Source of the DNA: an uncultured Candidatus Saccharibacteria bacterium
Lineage (GTDB): Bacteria > Patescibacteriota > Minisyncoccia > Phycocordibacterales > CSBR16-119
Reading direction: 5' to 3'
DNA: 34,712 bases
Assembly: GCA_964589975.1 (NCBI GenBank)
Contig: CAZPVH010000006.1
Location: 1-34,712 of the forward strand
This document shows positions 33,732-34,712 of the stretch, piece by piece. Made by a program: the position numbers and the translations under genes. Each line of letters starts with the position of its first letter. Positions within the stretch are counted from its first letter, which is position 1. The notes below the pieces were generated by a model that saw nothing but the letters and a program-made list of their open reading frames with translations, was not told the origin of the DNA and made no database searches.

Positions 33732-33774
33732 AGAGATATTAAACTATAAGACGTTTTTTTGAAAGTTTCTTTTG

Positions 33775-33802
33775 TTGACAAAAGTTGTATTTTCAGTAGT
33801 AT
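33775..33802 (+). promoter_or_regulatory. Sigma70-type promoter for the 33821 gene
   Basis: TTGACA, 16 bp, TAGTAT. Confidence 0.5.
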
Positions 33803-33820
33803 TCGGAAAAACTAGAGAAC

Positions 33821-34465
33821 ATGGCCGAATCACCTTTCGACATAAAGAAGTTCGCCGAAGCACACCGTATACCGGTATCAGAAGCTGAAAGAGCTTTGGG
33901 GGTCGCTTATCGCTCAGATGAACTGAAGAAAGCGTATCAGCAGTACGAACTTTCAAATGGCTTGAGTGATCATGGAGAGCGAGCCGAAGAGCTTCGACGC
34001 TGGATCAAGATAGAGCTCAAGAAGGCGAAGAAGCCCGAAGACTACCGTCTCATCCACAGTATGACACCAAGCACTTTCCCCGAGATCGTACACATAAACT
34101 CGGTATGGGACCAAGTGTCACGTCGAGAGCTCCGGAAAAATCGCGACAACCGCTTATCGGCAAAAGAGGCAAAGAGTCTCCGAGATGCAACCAGACCAGA
34201 AAGTCCCGAGTACTTCGAGGCGGATACAGCTTTCTTGAACGCATTTGCTGAAGACATGAAGGTCTGCCAGCTAAAGCCGGATATTGGTCTCGTCTTGTCA
34301 CTCATAGAAGTTGATCCGACAGGAGCATTCCGAAATGCCCTAGAGGAAATACTCCTTAGGAGTTACGGTGGGAACGAAGAGATGCAGAGGGTGCTGCCGT
34401 TCATACGGAACACTGAATGGAGGGCCGAGATAATCCGTCGACTCTCCAAGATCCCGATGAAATAA
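33821..34465 (+). CDS. Hypothetical protein
   Basis: 214-aa ORF with its own promoter and terminator. Confidence 0.75.
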   Translation: MAESPFDIKKFAEAHRIPVSEAERALGVAYRSDELKKAYQQYELSNGLSDHGERAEELRRWIKIELKKAKKPEDYRLIHSMTPSTFPEIVHINSVWDQVSRRELRKNRDNRLSAKEAKSLRDATRPESPEYFEADTAFLNAFAEDMKVCQLKPDIGLVLSLIEVDPTGAFRNALEEILLRSYGGNEEMQRVLPFIRNTEWRAEIIRRLSKIPMK

Positions 34466-34469
34466 AGAG

Positions 34470-34502
34470 AAGGCCCCGGCAATGCTGGGGTCTTTCTTCT
34501 TA
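34470..34502 (+). terminator. Intrinsic terminator
   Basis: AAGGCCCCGGC-AAT-GCTGGGGTCTT followed by TCTTCTT. Confidence 0.75.
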
Positions 34503-34505
34503 AGA

Positions 34506-34534
34506 TTGAAAAAATAAGCCTTTTATGCTAATTT
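34506..34534 (+). promoter_or_regulatory. tRNA operon promoter
   Basis: TTGAAA, 17 bp, TAATTT with an extended TG, ending 9 nt before the tRNA. Confidence 0.55.
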
Positions 34535-34543
34535 TGTCTCATT

Positions 34544-34620
34544 GTCGGGGTAGCTCAGACGGTTAGAGCGCAGCACTCATAACGCTGAGGTCGAGAGTTC
34601 GATTCTCTCCCCCGACACCA
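34544..34620 (+). tRNA. tRNA with CAT anticodon (elongator Met more likely than Ile2; not initiator)
   Basis: GTCGGGG/CCCCGAC-A-CCA acceptor, loop CTCATAA. G1:C72 pairs and there is no GGG/CCC anticodon stem, so it is not fMet. Confidence 0.93.
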
Positions 34621-34661
34621 TTGGCGGACCTAGCATTTTATGTTAGACTTTCGCCATTGTT

Positions 34662-34712
34662 GCGGGCGTAGCTCAACTGGTTAGAGCACTCCCCTGTCAC
34701 GGGAGAGGTTAC
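34662..34712 (+). tRNA. tRNA-Asp(GTC), truncated by the window end
   Basis: GCGGGCGTAGCTCAACTGGTTAGAGCA-CTCCC-CTGTCAC-GGGAG-AGGTTAC. Confidence 0.92.

Noticed and set aside
1-34712. UGA-to-Gly recoding (genetic code 25)
   Set aside because: TGA terminates well-formed genes (14683, 22236, 25968) and RF2 is present.

Overview
This looks like a small-genome Patescibacteria/CPR-type chromosome segment, probably Parcubacteria. That assignment is an inference from leaderless promoters, the lack of obvious Shine-Dalgarno motifs, a shortened RF2 and TGA used as stop. The window has three parts. (1) 30-12884 is an AT-rich integrative element of about 12.85 kb inserted in the 3' end of a tRNA. I can reconstruct attL and attR, with a CA crossover centred between 10-bp inverted arms. 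It carries a CsoR-regulated copper operon, a large serine recombinase, a terminase large subunit plus small-subunit-like gene plus ParB-DNA methylase operon with no capsid, portal or tail genes, a LexA-like switch and a putative HEPN defence operon. (2) 12.9-26 kb is accessory. It includes a tightly coupled four-gene operon (PhyH-like dioxygenase, cytosylglucuronate-synthase-like GT-B, HprK-related kinase, MJ1255-type glycosyltransferase), flanked by a divergent ITP/XTPase and a LOG nucleosidase, which may be an undescribed nucleobase/nucleoside glycosylation pathway. (3) 26-34.7 kb is core (pyrG, ftsX, ftsE, prfB, four more tRNAs) interleaved with orphan genes. Several intergenic regions hold long hairpin elements, two of which overlap start codons. 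All protein assignments come from motif recognition by eye; no database searches were run.
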